Source: Phoronis australis (taxonomy: Eukaryota; Animalia; Phoronida). Taken from it: 64,000 bases of DNA. The notes below the pieces were generated by a model. The model was not told the origin of the DNA. It did no database searches and saw only the letters and a program-made list of their open reading frames with translations. The stretch covers positions 755,630 through 819,629 of the forward strand of contig NMRA01000030.1 of the NCBI GenBank assembly GCA_002633005.1, given 5' to 3'. Below are positions 26,901 to 39,688 of the stretch, piece after piece (positions within the stretch are counted from its first letter, which is position 1; each line of letters begins with the position of its first letter). The position numbers and the translations under genes are program-made.

Positions 26901-29587
26901 ATGTAATGGCTTGGGCTTTGAATACTGTCACCCACGCTGGATACAGTTTTCTGGGCGTTAACCCAATTCACCATTTGTACTAGTGCTGACAATTTTTTGT
27001 TTAAAATAAGCAGTCTTGGTGGGTTTAATGCCCAACCCATGGTTTTATAGTCCCCCAATTTAAGCATTGAAGCAACCTGTACAGCAATACATTTTTGTTT
27101 CAAAGCCATGATTTTTCAAAACGTAACCTCCGCAAACATCAGAGTTTCCTATACTACTTGAAATTTTATCATTCTGAGAAGGCTTTGGCAGGTGTGGTAC
27201 AGCAAGCAACATTGCATTGCAATGCAGGCTGTTTGGATCAGAGACTAGAGTGGTGTTCAATGTAATGGGGAAGGCTTTTAAATACTTGTTTATTCAACAA
27301 AAATCATAAAGGTGTCGATAATGAGTACATTGTCGTGGGTAAACTGATGCAGAATTTCAGAGTTGTCCAATTTCATCCATCTATGCCAAATGCAAATCTC
27401 TTCCTGTAAGCAAGGTTCAACAAATCAGGAATGGATATTTTAACCTTTCTCTTGCTAGATCTTATTAATAAAGTCTCATATTTCAGGTAGTTTGCACCAA
27501 ATTCACAATGTAAAGTTTTCCAAAAAGTCCCTTATCCCACCCTGACCATGATGTGATTACATGTAACAGTAGTTCATCCACCAACCTGGGGCTATCTTAT
27601 AAACCAGTAGTTATCGTTGGGAGCTGCCAATTCATTCGGACTTACCTATGTTTATTTGGGCACTGTCTCTAGTTATGTGCAATTCTGTCTCCACGTAGTG
27701 CTTTCATTATTTTGTCAGTAGTTGATTTTCAGAACCATTGGACTCGTGGCCTGGTGTTGTAGTTGGGGGCGAAATCGAATGAAAAAGTTAAGTGGTGTGG
27801 TAGTCTACCAAATCAAAAACACCAGTCGCTATGACCTCAAAGCCATGTACCAATGTACAATAAATGATAAACCAACAGAAATGAATTGAGGAATCAATAA
27901 AGGAGCACTCATAAAATCATAAACTCTGAAATTATTCGAGAACAGTTAGTTAAAGCAAGTAACCGATGACACAGTTCAGATAAGCATTGTGAAGATCTAT
28001 CTGCACGCAAAATTTCAGAAGGTTACCTCAAAGTATCGCGAAGCTAGAGCGTTACAAGCAGTTTATCGAAAAATGGCTGTCATAGCGCCATCTTGCGTCT
28101 GATTTCGACCAAACAAAATGTGCCTCAAGCTTTTCATGAGATAGACAATGTGCATAAATTGCACATTGACATGTCAAGCAAACAACAAAAGCCACCTGTA
28201 GCACGCGTATTACAGACCAAGGAAAGTGTATCAAGGAATTAGTCAGTAAAAGAACAGACATCTGATTAGTGAATATCAAAAGTCAGAGAGAAAAACAGGT
28301 GGCATAATGTTGGATACACGGTAGCACTTGCCAAGATCTATCCAAATTTCTGAAAGATCTGCCCAGGGATGCCGTAGATATGGCATGAAAAGTCAATAAA
28401 TTAATGACAAGTCACCGGAAAACTTCAATAGCTCGAGAATGGTAAGTTGTTAAAAAATGAATGGCCATAGTAAAGATAGTGCTTGATGACATCTATTCGT
28501 GTATTCACTTAAGTGATCACCCAGTCTTATAAAGAAGTTTAAATAAATATCTACCGTACATACAAATGGATGGCATAGTGCAGATAGTGCTTGATGAGAT
28601 CTGTCTGTGTATACTGAAAAATCTGTCAAGGAATGGTGGAAAAAACGTTTTTGCAAAGCTAAAATAAAAAATGGCCACCACAAAGCGACCTTTCATTTGT
28701 TTTTTACCATAAACAATAAGCACAATTTGTGTACGAATTTCATGTGGATGGAACCTTGTAGCATTTAGATACACTGTATGTTGTTTCAACTCATTGTATC
28801 CAGGTCTGTTGTTTGACACCCATTGTATTTCAGTGCAGAATTACACCATAAGAGTATATTTTTTCATGATTGTGGAAATGTTTAGTTTGCCTCTTTTGTT
28901 ATTAAACATATTCTCTGATTTTTAGTCATGTTATTCTTCTTTTGTCTGGTTCACATATATTTATTAATCACAGACTTAATGCACTTCAAAAACAACAGTA
29001 ATATGTTGCTGATAATGCATTTCATGGTGTTGCGTGCATAGAATTTTGAAAGCTACAAATTAATGGTGACTATAGATTATTTATGTAATTTGAAGATCAA
29101 TTTTTGTTGATTCGTACCAGTTCATTCAGCATCCTGTGCTTTTGGTGATTTTGTTAATCATATCTGCACAAAAATGACTAACTTTGGATTGCAGACATGA
29201 CAACTTGTCCTCGGTTTTGTAGGACCCTAAAAATGCTCAAATTTCACAGACTTTGGAACAACACATCTCAGAAGAGGCTGACAAGATTTGTATGAAACTT
29301 TAAGATCTCATGCTTATGAACTGTTGTCCAAACGAATGTTAGGAATGTTTCACTTTTGTATCTACTTATTGGGCATTTTGTTCCTAAAAAGATTGTGTTA
29401 GATGAAACAAATTAAATAGTGGACAGATTTTATTTAAATTTAATGAAGGATACCAACGCGTTAATAAATTGCACTCTCATGAAGACCGTCATTCACTAAC
29501 CAAAAATAAAGTTGATTTTGGAACTTGGGCCTAATCCCGATCGAGCTGATACAGTCTCCAAATTTCCTCATCTCCAGCTTGGTTAAT

Positions 29588-30767
29588 TTATCCACCCACA
29601 TGTGTAGTGGTCGCTCATTGTTATCACTCTGTCCGGGTGTCTGTTTGATAACTCAAAAACTCCTGGTCAGATTTTGATGTAATTTGGCACAAGGGTGTAG
29701 GGCATCAGCAGTACGGTTCGTGCCACTTTTCAATGTGCCCCGCCCCCCTGGGTCAAGGGGTGTGGCTTTTTGAATATTTTTTTAGAGAACGAAGACTGTT
29801 TCTTCATGATATCAAGAGAATTGATCGACGGATTTCACAGAGGTACGTGACATCAATGCGCCGGCACCATTATATTTTCAGGCAGATTTGACCATAGCGT
29901 CATCTCCTAGTGGCCATTTTATTCTCAACAAGGGGTTTTTTAAGTGTTGTTCAGGGGAAGAATGTTTCTAGATGATATCTAGAGCATTGACTAACAGATT
30001 TTAATGAAACTTGACACACAGGTAAATGATGTATATGTGCTAAAACCATTTGATTCTTGGGCGGATTTGACCATTGCAGCATCTCCTAGTGACCATTTTG
30101 AAGAAGACCATTTTCGGATTATATCTAGAGATCTGATTAAAACTTGACACAGAGCTATGTGATGTCAATGCCCGTCACCGTTAAATTTGCATAAAGATTC
30201 GCAATTGCTGCACCTCCTAGTGGCCATATTGTTCTCGACAAAGGGGTTTTGAAGTGTTGCGCTAGGGTAGAGCATGTCTGGATGATATCTAAAGAACCGG
30301 CAAAAAGATTTCACTGAAACTTGAAACAGTAGTATACGATGTCAATGCGCCAACACCAATAAATTTGCAGGCAGATTTGACCACAGCAGCACCTCTTGTG
30401 TCCATGTTGTTTTGGACAAGGGATATTTCAAGTTTTTTGAGGGAATAGCATTTCAGGATGGTATCTAAGTAACAATTTGACGGATTTCAATGAAACTTCA
30501 CACGGAAGTATGTGACGACTGCGGTGCCGCCTAGCGGCCATTATCAATGATATGTAGAAACCTGAGTGATGGATTTTAATGAAAGTTGACACTGAACTTC
30601 AGTGAAGTATGAGATGTCAATGCTCCGGCACCATTAAATTTTATTCCTTCCCAGAATCCCCCAGTGCTCCAATGAAATACGGACACGTGCAGATGAGTCA
30701 TTACACGGACATTCTTCATGGGGAGAGGACATGTTTCTTCTCCCGCGAGTCTTTGTGCTAATTCTTG
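29588..30767 (-). mobile_element. Degenerate Helentron-type element, second subfamily
   Basis: Terminal CCACCCACATGTGTAGTGG, TCTGTCC tract, and repeated CTCCTAGTGGCC-type motifs at ~29905, 30084, 30215 and 30527. Confidence 0.55.
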
Positions 30768-30773
30768 CGCTTA

Positions 30774-33132
30774 CCGTAAACGTTTGGGTTAACGCCCATA
30801 TTCACTTAACTGCCCATCCCCTACTTTAGGTGGATTTTCGATTTAACCACCCACTGCTCGGTTAACCACACTCTGCAATTTTTGAAGGTTTCCAGTTAAG
30901 CGCTCACCTCTCGGTTAAGCGCCCGTCCCTGACTTTTGAAGATTGATGATTACGCACTCAGTGTGCTAAGGAAACGCGAGATCACCCATTTTTAGATAAA
31001 AATTGATGATAATAAAGAATGCAACGACAGCGTTGGAGAGGGTGGTTTGGCAATGTGAATTATAATACAAGTAACAGATTATTGTCTCGGGTCATGGATT
31101 TGCTTCAAAATGTATTACCTTGAACGCTTTGTCAATTGATTTTCTTCCCATGTTTGCAAAACTAAGAACCCCGCCATTACCTACGATTTCAGCATTGCCG
31201 ACTACCATGCTAAGTTTCCGTCTGCAGTGCTCTAGATAAAACATATATTCGAAAAAATAAATCCAGAGAAACGTGACAGTGGTCTTGCCAACACTCCTAA
31301 TTCGCTTTAGGTGGGAAGCTCTCGGAGTTTGAAGAATTACCTTAACTTTGTGATAAATTGTTTCCACCTACCTTTTTAGCCCTCCCGAGAAATTTTTGTT
31401 TCTTCATTGACTAGTTTCAGCCGGAACAAAATACTTCCCACTCGACTCTGAAATATCTGCGACATAGGCTGACTGAAAATTGGCAGCACTGGGGAGGGGG
31501 TGAACCATCGGTCCTAGGGAACATCAAGCCGTGAATTATCAGAACTGAGAATTCACGTCGCAGTTTCGGGAACGTTGTTTTTTTTAAAACAGCAGGAGGC
31601 CCACTACACTCTTACACTTTGTACTGTCACTATTCTCTTTTGATTTGCGACTTTGGTGCGGTGCGCGCGCGTGAGTTCCCACTCTCTTGTGTGCAAGTTA
31701 CCTTGACTGCATATGTGAGTGACAGGTGACTCATATCTGTGTGCTCAATCCTGGAAAGGTCTTGAGAATTTGTTTGCTGCTGTCTTGCCATAAAAAACGA
31801 GACGCGTATAGAAACAGGCCGTTAGTATTACTTGCCGCCATTTCCAAGTCGCGGTCATTTGCGGGGACATTGCGCACAATCAATGGGACCGAACAGTGTC
31901 GCAGTACGATATTTGTAGGTCATATTATAATAGGATAATCTGGAAATATTGCTTGTAAAATAAAAATGTGTTTTCCCACCACAAAATTTGGTAAGTTGAT
32001 CGTTTAATACTGAATAGAAACATCAGAGTTTTGTGACGTTTTATCACATATGTATGGCGTGGTCCATACATTGGAAATTCCAGGTCGCATGTTACGACTA
32101 TATACAAGATGACAAAAATCTCGGCTTGCATTTTCAAAATTCAGGTCGCCAATGCCACTTGCTGCTTGTTATGCCTAACGCCGAGTCCCGTTTGCAACAA
32201 CACTGTCTCGTTAAGGCCGCTTTGCTCGTTGGAACTCATGACTAATTTAGTCATGTAACAAACCACTGGTGCCGGTTACCCAAATAATGGGGGCTTCGTC
32301 TTCGAATTACCGACGCAGATATGAATATGAACTATTTCTTTCTCAGGCTCATCCCATTCGTAGTGTTAGTATAATTTTTAACATTAAAATCTTAAGTAAT
32401 TGTTTTTGAGTAATGCCTTTGCGGTAACTTTTGATTGACAACTGGCTTGTATACCTCCGCCGGGCAGTCGAAATAAAACAGCTGCAGAACCTTACGTTGA
32501 AAATGTCATTGAATCACGGAGTCTCGAAACATCCCAAACACAAAAAACACCTGAATTAGTTTTTCAAACTTTAATTACAAATAATTTAAAACTGCACTCT
32601 ATCTCAGAACTTGACTGCTAGCATATGAATCTGCTGTGACCTATGCAGCGCATGAAATTTGCACGTGCGCACTTTGCACTGTCACCAGGTGAGGATAGTT
32701 GCAATCCAAGTGGAGCGCTGCACAGTCACTGGTCGTCTGCGCTCTACAGGTACAGCTCTAACAAGACTGCAGGATGGCACAGGCTATTACTCAGCAATTT
32801 TGTAAATTTAACTGAAATGATTAAGCTGAGGGCAACAGAACCTTTGTTGGGATCATCCGCTGTTATGAAATTTTTACTGTCATTTGGCGACGTGTCGATA
32901 AAGCTCTGAAAAGTATTTCGCGTTTCAACTACGTGTGGAGACTGGGATCATGAGGTAAGATTAACCGCACACCCCGGTTGCCTGTCGTACTAAGCGCCCA
33001 TGTTCGGTTAACCGCCCACCCTGGATTTCTTATAATTTCACGTTTAAGCACTCATGTCTGGTTAATCGACCACCCCCAATTTTTTGGGTTTGCCAATTTA
33101 ACCGCCCAGGGCGTTAACCCGAATGTTTACGG
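30774..33132 (+). mobile_element. Tc2/pogo-like TIR element, copy 2 (diverged subfamily, ~2.36 kb)
   Basis: Same CCGTAAACG...TTTACGG termini with TA flanks; internal blocks homologous to but diverged from copies 1, 3 and 4. Confidence 0.88.
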
Positions 33133-33595
33133 TATATTCACTATTTTGCATAACCCTTTGCTAATGAATGTTGCTTTCTTTCCTGGAAATACATGGATTA
33201 TGTTATATCATGAGTTTTAAGGACTAAAATAGATCAGAAAAAACAAAATTATGTTCAGAAATTGGAAGATTGGATTTTGGTTCTAAAAACTGAATTTTTA
33301 GTCCAAAATGGATATAAAACAGGTTTAGAGTCTTATATGTCTGAATATCTTTTGGAAGAATGTTTAGGTCTGTAAAGACTAGAGTTTGAAATAAAATTTC
33401 ACGATAGAATCAGCTGATTCTTTGCGAACTGTAACTGCAGTTACTAATGCAGGATGGTTGATTAAATAGCAACTAGAATTTTTATTAAAATTGTGAAGAG
33501 GCCATTTTATGCTTTTGTAGTAGTCCGTGAAAATTACCATGTAATGCTATTTTTTATTAATTTGTTAAGAAAGCGTTATTTTGATGTGCCAGAAT

Positions 33596-34195
33596 GGCAC
33601 ATGTACAAAATGACACATCCAACCACATGTACAAAATGCCACACATGCAGGCAAATGTACAAAATGATACATCCAGACTCATATACAAAATGACACATCC
33701 ACACACACGTACAAAATGACACATCCAGCCACATGTACAAAATGACGCATCCAGGCACATGTACAAAATGACGCATCCAGGCACATGTACAAAATGACAC
33801 ATCCAACCAAATGTACAAAATGACTCATCCAGACACATGTACAAAATGACACATCCAGACACATGTACAAAATGACACATCCAGACTCGTATACAAAATG
33901 ACGCATCCAGACTCATATACAAAATGACACATCCACACACATGTACAAAATGACACATCCAGGCACATGTACAAAATGATGCATCCAGGCACATGTACAA
34001 AATGACACATCCAGACTCATATACAAAATGACACATCCACACACATGTACAAAATGACACATCCAGCCACATGTACAAAATGACGCATCCAGGCACATGT
34101 ACAAAATGATACATCCAGACTCATATACAAAATGACACATCCAGACACATGTACAAAATGACACATCTTGGCACATGTACAAAATGACATATCCA
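33596..34195. repeat. 26-bp minisatellite (catgtacaaaatgacacatccaggca)
   Basis: About 23 units; source of six Cys/His/Val-rich spurious ORFs. Confidence 0.96.
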
Positions 34196-34238
34196 CAATA
34201 GTCCTTTTCGCAATGGTACTCCTTATGCTTTTGATATT

Positions 34239-34431
34239 GGAACTATTCATAGGCATGAGTGTTCGTGAACTATTCATAGGCATGAGTATTCAGGGATTAT
34301 TCATTAGTCATGAGTGTTCAGGAACTATTCATAGGCACGAGTGTTCAGGAACTATTCATAGGCACGAGTGTTCAGGAACTATTCATAGGCATGAGTGTTT
34401 GAGGAACTATTCATAGGCATGTGCGTTCAGG
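34239..34431. repeat. 27-bp minisatellite (ggaactattcataggcatgagtgttca)
   Basis: About seven units. Confidence 0.93.
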
Positions 34432-36412
34432 TATAAATATGTCATTTTGTTTCACTCCGGTGATGATAGAAATTAGGAGATGTTGACTTAATGTCAAAAA
34501 AACAGTGTGGGAATGCTCTTGAGTAGGAAGTTAAAAATGCATAACTTTATTTTGTCACATCTGCAAAACAGTTACAATTAATTGTATCACTTTAAAGTAA
34601 TTAACATAAATGAATCAGCCTTTTTATTTTCTCAGGTCTCAAAGCATCAGTTGACCTACTCAAATTGTCATGTCTGTAGCAAAATGAAACGGTGGTTGCA
34701 CTGGTTCACCTTTTAACTAATGTGGTCCCGTTCTATGATGTTTTGAAAAATTAACTCAAAATTGAAAAAATCTTAAGTTTCAGTTTTGTCTACAGAGCAA
34801 ACCCCACACATTTGATGACAAAATATACAATCATGGTATAATGACAGATGGAGCCCTAGACATTCCCATTGACTTAACTTCCTGTTATTGTGGGCAAAAC
34901 TGCCAATAGTTTGAGAACCTCTCTCATCTTGCCAACTTTCTAATGACATACTTGCTGCCCCCTGGTGAGTGTTTAAGGGATTTAATTACTGAGCAGTTGG
35001 ATTAAGTATCTTGAGCCAGACTGCAGCTGTGTATGAGATGTCACTGACTTACCAATGACTGGTATTACTGTTAACCTTGTCCCTTGATGTACTAGTGCTA
35101 CAGTGTACCACGCGGTGCTTCTGGGGTGACACTCAATAGTTTTGCTGATTTGAGCTTGTGAAACCAGGTCTTAGCAGCTGTCCCACAGGGTGTACAAATA
35201 CAAAAATATGAATGATATACTGGGCCAAACACTTAAAAAATCTTGCACAAAGTGTAAAATTGAAACTGATTCCAAAGTCAGTTTTCCATCTTTTACGACT
35301 ATCGTAACTGCATCCGGCTTCTTAAAAATGAACAAAAATACTCCAAATTATCACTTTTCACCTCAAAGCTACCATTTGCATGTGATTACTACAAACTAAA
35401 GGACAGTCCATTCAGAGTGCCAAAATTACCCAGATAACAGAAATGAGCTCAAAAGTAGGTGTTAACCAACCAGACTTAATACAAGGTGTCTGATGGGTAC
35501 CTAAATTTGCTGTTAAATTTGAACTTCCCAATTGCAAGTAGTGAAGATTAACTAGAAAAGTCATGACTGAGCAAAAAGTGTGCCAAAGTTTCAGTGGCTG
35601 GCAATCCTTCATTCAGAAGGGACTAAAAAATCAAGCAAGTTCCATTTGTAGCCTTCAAATACTGCACAAAACTTTTAATCTCCAGCCAACCCACCAGGTG
35701 TAAATTTTTAATGAAATTGATAGGGGTAAATTCAACTGTGGCTCAACGATTGAGTTCCTGCTTGATTCAAATGTTATATTCAATACTAGTTGTGCCACAG
35801 TGAACATGGCAGATTTTTGCTGAGAAGTGGAAAGGATAATGTTCTGCATTAGTGGATACTGATCCAATTTTCATGTTATGTACACTGTTCACCTTGACAT
35901 AACAGAAAACGTCCGGTAATGAAGCAATGAATAGGATGGCTGTGAGCTCACCTACCATTCACAGGGCATGACCATTAGTATAATGTTAGCTCAGTAAATG
36001 TGACCTGGCAACATTCCAAGGAATTGTGGTTGCCATAGCTAGGAAACCTCTTGTGGGGATTGCGAAAGTCCTGGCCTGTACAATGGCCACATGTTTAGCA
36101 AGAGCCGATAGTACAGTAATGAGAGACCTGAAGTGAAAACTAGTGAACACTGCAAATATTTGCTGTAATATGCAAAACAGTGTTTTGTCTTTTTAGTTGA
36201 TTGGAAAATTGGGAGCACTGTCTGGTGTTATCAGTAAAGACCATTATCTCCCTCTCTCTGGCTCAATATTCCGCACAGGTTTACCTGCTGAGGCAGAACC
36301 AGATCTCTTTTCTAGCTGATAATTACCTTTCATAGACAGTCTCGGGTTTTTAGGATGTACTTTAATTGAGATGCATATTTTTACTCTGGTGGTTGAATTT
36401 AAATACCACACC

Positions 36413-36538
36413 TAAACTAAAGCCAGTCTGCTCTTGCAAACTTAAGCCAGTCTGCTCTTGCAAACTAAAGCCAGTCTGCTCTTGCAAACTAAAGCCAGTC
36501 TGCTCTTGCAAACTAAAGCCAGTCTGCTCTTGCAAACT
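36413..36538. repeat. 24-bp tandem repeat (aaactaaagccagtctgctcttgc)
   Basis: Five near-perfect units. Confidence 0.95.
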
Positions 36539-39135
36539 TGACCAAACTCGAGGAGATCAGTTGAGTTTTGACTAGTGCAAAACAAAGCTTCCTAGTGCAG
36601 ACGCTTGCCAAAAATTATCGAAATAGTTTGCCGAAGTTAGGTAGTTAAAATTATTTGAAATCTGGTTTAACAGAGTTAAGTAAAGAGTAACAGCTGAAAA
36701 TCAGTGCAGTTACAAGTTCAAAATGGTAGCCTCCACCAAAGAATTTTATTACACATCAGGCCTTATATTGAACAATATACCCTCAAACCCATCACAAGCC
36801 TTATATTGAACAATAGACCCTCAGACCCATCATGCAGAAATCGCAAGGCATTATATCCTATTACAACGGCTAATATTTGTCATTTAATTTCAACTCTAAA
36901 CGACAATGTTTTCCAAATCCAAATATCAATCTAGTCCATTTTAAGACGTTTGCGCAGTCTTTTGTCCCACGGCCTGACTTAATATTTCCCAAGATGTCTA
37001 CATTAGGGTGAACCCGTCATTCCTTATTGAAATACTCAGCTCAACAAACTGAATCTAATCACATGGCTAATTTTTATCATATTTGAATTTTTATCATATT
37101 TGTTCAGGTTGAATGACCTAAGCCCAACTTTTTGCAAGCAATTCAATTTCAGTATAGCAAATAGTTTCAGTAAAGGAAGTTATAATGATAATAATAATAA
37201 TACCAAACAGCTTGGCAGAGTTGAAAGGCAGAAAACGTTTGGCAGAGTTTGCCAGTATAGACTGGAGATGATTTCTTTTGTAAAATGCCCCCCCCNCCCC
37301 CCCCCCCCCCCGAAGTGGATGGCTTCCCATAATTCATTTGTTTGCTTTGGAAGATGGTCTGGAAAGGAATTGGAATGTCATGACAACAGTCATTAAGATT
37401 GAAGGAACAACATAAATTTTGTAGCTATTGCCAAGTATAGTGCATTTAGCTGTCACCTAGTGATGAGTGATGAATGTTATAATTTTGTCAGTCATGGTCC
37501 TAGGTAAGCCAGTAGTGGAGTAACAACTGGTTGCCTGTCACTTGTTTATCTTCATTCAAACTGAGGGATGTGGACCATGCTTGGATAGTGAATTTCATTC
37601 ACATCCTGCATAACTGACTTGCCAGTTGAGATGAATAAAACATGATTGTGTTAACAGCCTGGATACTAATATGACTAGAGTAAGCAATACATGCTTTCAG
37701 TGTTGTAACTCAGTTTTATTGTCTGGTTGTGCGTAAATGTTGACCCCTGCTGGTTTATTACAGCCATCTTAGGATTACGAGGAATAGTTTTGCAGAGAGT
37801 TGTGAATGAGCTCTGGAAAACAGATTCATGAACTTTGCCGTTGCAGTGCCACCGCATCCGTTAGTCATGTAGCTTCAAATGGCAATGAGAACTGGTCGCC
37901 AGGGGTTCCCCTAGAGGCCAAAAGAAATTAATGTTTGCTCTTTAGCGCAAAATCTGAATTACCACTGGTTGTTGACTGACGTAATGCTCTGTTGAAGGAT
38001 GCTATGGCAGCAATTATCAACAGAGCCCAAGATAAGCCCTTGTATTTGTGTTTCCTACTGGTCATGCAAGCTTTGTTACACTTAGCTCTTGCCTGTACTT
38101 TTTGTTGTCCATTTTCAAACGTCAGGAGTCTATGAAGTAAAGATAATGAGCCAGCATAGCTAATGTAAATCAAACTGCCATCAGCAATTGTTAACTAGAT
38201 TTATAAGTATGCCCATATCAGGGTATTGAATGTCATCCCATGCAGGAAAGTGCATGTAACAGACATACTTAAGGGAAGTGCCCCTTCCTCAGCTGTAGCA
38301 GTAGCAGTAGCAGAACAGTTCAACAACTATTGCCACCTGCAGGTTGTGGCTAAAACAGTAGACTCAGCAATTTGGACTGTAAATGTAATGTTAAACTCAG
38401 GTAGATGAGTCTATCTATGTAGAGACATTTTAATAGAATGCACATGGTGGGCCATGTGGTGCAAGCTAAATAAATTAATGAAAAATAAATTAATGAAACC
38501 AATTAATTGAATTGCTGGCATATCTCTGCAACTGTACTTCCCTTTTGGAAAAAGTTATTTGTGAAGTCTGCTTACAACCATCCTGTAGGCTTTGTCATTA
38601 TGGTAACTATAGTCTTTGTCTTTATGGTAACTGTTGAAAAAGAAAGCATGAATTTTCTTGAAACGCTGGTATTTTATTGTTGTCTCTTAAAGCCAACAGT
38701 AAAACCTTGTATTTACTGTGATATTAATTATACTTTTGTTGTATCCAATGAATCAGCTGTGAATATTTTCCCAAAACCCAGACAATGATCACTGTGTAAA
38801 CATTTACATTGGTCCTCCCCCATATATATTTGGCCTCATAACACAGTGGTATATTTAGGCATCAAATGTACCTTTAATATCACGTGTGTATGTGAAAACA
38901 TACAGGAAATGCTGGTCCTTTATTGATTACCACTAAATTAGATCCTTGACAGTTATTAATCTGGCCTTGTTAAACCCTTGGTTTCATTAAGCTAGCTGGT
39001 TAGAGTGTCTGGTACATTTTTACAGTTTAAAGGTGTAAATAGTTGATGGCCATGTCAAGTTTTCTGATCATAAGAAGTAGTTTGTGAACCTGTGAACCTT
39101 CAAAGTCTTCTGCGTTGGTAATTGGGCAGGTATAA

Positions 39136-39346
39136 CAGTGGCGGATTTAGGGGGGGNGGGGGGCAATAAACAATGCATAGGCCTGAACAAACCCCGTTTG
39201 CCTTTTTTTTAGTCAACAGGTCTGCAATCCTAAAAATTCGAGACTCCTGCATCCCCATGCTTTAGGCTAGGCGGGCGCGTCTGCCAAAATGTTGGTTATT
39301 CCTGTGCCCTGGCCCCCCCTAACTCAAAATCCTGGATCTGCCCCTG
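39136..39346. mobile_element. Small hAT-like MITE
   Basis: Inverted termini CAGTGGCGGATTTAGG / CCTGGATCTGCCCCTG; related single ends at ~12465 and ~15491; no clear TSD. Confidence 0.6.
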
Positions 39347-39688
39347 GATAATTTAAGGATGGTACCCTCTGGCATTAATGCATAAATATGTATTGACAGA
39401 CTGTGATTGCCTAACTGAAGCGAACGGGCGCATTGAAGTTGTGTCGCAATCGCACTTTATTTGGTCTTGAATGTGGTATATTGCATTCAGATTTTAAAAC
39501 AGTGGCAACCCAGAGCAGCTGATCAAAAATAATACACTGGCAAAACATGTTCACGTATTGTGAAAATACACACCAAACTGTCAATTCACCCACTCGGTTA
39601 AACTAAAATGCAGTTAAGCTGTTTTGAGCAATCATTACTGGCATAACCTACTGAGGTAGCAAACAACATCACTGTGTGCTCAGTCTTA

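Noticed and set aside
33557-34416. Cys/His-rich ORFs resembling metallothionein or zinc-finger proteins
   Set aside because: They are translations of 26- and 27-bp tandem repeats, open in several frames. The same applies to the ORFs at 3704-3988, 36366-36575, 44974-45297 and 47651-48115.
37287-37311. Poly-C run (and poly-G at ~39150) as a G-quadruplex candidate
   Set aside because: Both contain an N, so their length and sequence are unreliable.
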